This document shows, piece after piece, positions 33,470-34,915 of a DNA stretch of 34,915 nt. The translations under genes and the position numbers were made by a program. Numbering within the stretch: the stretch's first letter is position 1; each line of letters opens with the position of its first letter. Below the pieces are notes generated by a model that ran no database searches, had not been told where the DNA came from, and saw only the letters and a program-made list of their open reading frames with translations. Origin of the DNA: Octopus sinensis (taxonomy: Eukaryota); assembly GCF_006345805.1 (NCBI RefSeq), contig NW_021829891.1, positions 1-34,915 on the forward strand, read 5' to 3'.

Positions 33470-33622
33470 GCTTGGCACCAGTGACGTCGCAACTCATTTC
33501 TACAGCTGAGTGAACTGGAGCAACGTGAAATAAAGGGCCTTGCTCAATAACGCAACCCCCAGCTCGGCTCAGAATTGAACTTAGTATCTCATTATTGTAA
33601 ACCCGACGCTTTAACCTGCACA
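33470..33622 (-). mobile_element. SINE family 5
   Basis: Matches the reverse complement of 7743-7915. Confidence 0.85.
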
Positions 33623-33651
33623 TATATTATATATAATATATTTAATATGCA

Positions 33652-33862
33652 AGGCAGCAAGCTGGCAGAAATTTTAACACACCAGGCACAATGCTTAGCA
33701 GCATTTCGTCTGTCTTTACGTTCTGAGGTCAAATTCCACGGAGGTCGACTTTGCCCTTCATCCTTTCCAGGACGATAAATTAAGTACCAGTTAGTTCTGG
33801 CGTCGATCTATTCGACTGTCCCCTCCCCCAAAATTTCGAGCCTTGTTTCTAGAGTAGAAAAG
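33652..33862 (+). mobile_element. Near full-length SINE family 2
   Basis: AGGCAGCAAGCTGGCAGAA...AGAGTAGAAAAG. Confidence 0.9.
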
Positions 33863-33888
33863 AATATGCATAATATATATATTTTTTG

Positions 33889-34231
33889 CAGTCATAAGAC
33901 TGTTGCCAGGCTGGGGCATTGCCTTTTAGTCGAATGAATCTACCTCCAGTACTTTATTTTTTAAGCCTGGTACTTATTCTGTCCCTTTTGACGAACCGCT
34001 AGTTTACAGGAATGTAAACACACCAACATCAGTTGTCAAGCGGTGGTTGGGGAACAAATACAAGCACAAAGACACACACACACACAACAACAAGTTTCTT
34101 TCAGTTTCCGTTTACTAAATCCACTCACAAGGCTTTCTTTATAGAAGAAAACGCTTGCTCAAGGTGCCATGAACTGAAACCAGAACTATGTGGTCGGGAA
34201 TCTGGAAGCAAGCTTCTTACCACACAGCCAC
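33889..34231 (-). mobile_element. SINE family 4
   Basis: Homologous to the 16195 and 25111 copies. Confidence 0.85.
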
Positions 34232-34294
34232 GCCCGTGCCTGTATGTATGTGTGTATATGTATATATATATATATATTATATATATATATATGT

Positions 34295-34528
34295 GTATGC
34301 CACTGGCACTCTGTCGATTACGACAACAAAGGTTCCAGCCTACTTGAAAGTCACTGAGACAAGGCTGGCCTTTTGAAATACGGGTACTGCTCTATTTTGC
34401 CAGCCGAGTGGACTGGAGCAACGTGAAATAAAGTGTCTTGCTCAAGGACACAAAGCGTCTCTAGGCATTGAACTTACGACCTGACGATCGTGAACCGAAT
34501 GTCCTAACCTCTAAGCCACGCGCTTTCA
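34295..34528 (-). mobile_element. SINE family 5 relative
   Basis: GGACTGGAGCAACGTGAAATAAAGTGTCTTGCTCAAGGACACA followed by an antisense tRNA-like head. Confidence 0.8.
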
Positions 34529-34605
34529 CGCACACGCGCACACACACATTACACACATATGTATATATAAACATATATACATATTATATATGTGTATATA
34601 TAGAC

Positions 34606-34645
<40 letters not shown>

Positions 34646-34746
34646 ACCATTATGTCATTATGAATCTAATATATATACATGCATATGTTTATGTGCTTGC
34701 GTAAGTATGTGTGTGCATCCTGTATGTATACGTTTATATGATCAGA

Positions 34747-34806
<60 letters not shown>

Positions 34807-34816
34807 TATATATATA

Positions 34817-34847
<31 letters not shown>

Positions 34848-34915
34848 ATTATATATATATATATATATGTGTGTATATATACTGTGTGATGCTTTCGGTT
34901 GGTACCAGAAAACAA

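Overview
Repeat-saturated, AT-rich eukaryotic DNA with no complete protein-coding gene. The mix of tRNA-headed SINEs and dense TA/CA/TATG/triplet microsatellites suggests a coleoid cephalopod such as Octopus (inference). Recognisable remnants: RTE LINE 3' end (2615-3111), R4/Dong-like 3' end (9341-9610), decayed L1/Tx1 element (ORF1 zinc knuckle plus APE, 17114-19200), two Penelope-like GIY-YIG remnants (27755-28620, 30417-30760), a Tigger/pogo-like MITE (12659-13061), a Helitron-like non-autonomous element, a probable solo LTR and about 20 SINE copies from four families. The main hidden signal is a set of minimal type-I hammerhead ribozyme motifs in short non-autonomous repeats: structurally complete at 17021-17066, near-complete at 13696-13730, variant or decayed at 26619-26656 and 10991-11028. 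All have an extra A after CUGANGA, and stem III is a loop-less palindrome (intact in two copies, inferred in two) that would need dimerisation. Also notable: LINE fragments repeatedly embedded in specific microsatellites, a frameshifted Gly/Tyr/Cys-rich coding-like tract (6000-8600, minus), and two orphan exon candidates. All calls come from manual reading; no searches or folding programs were run.
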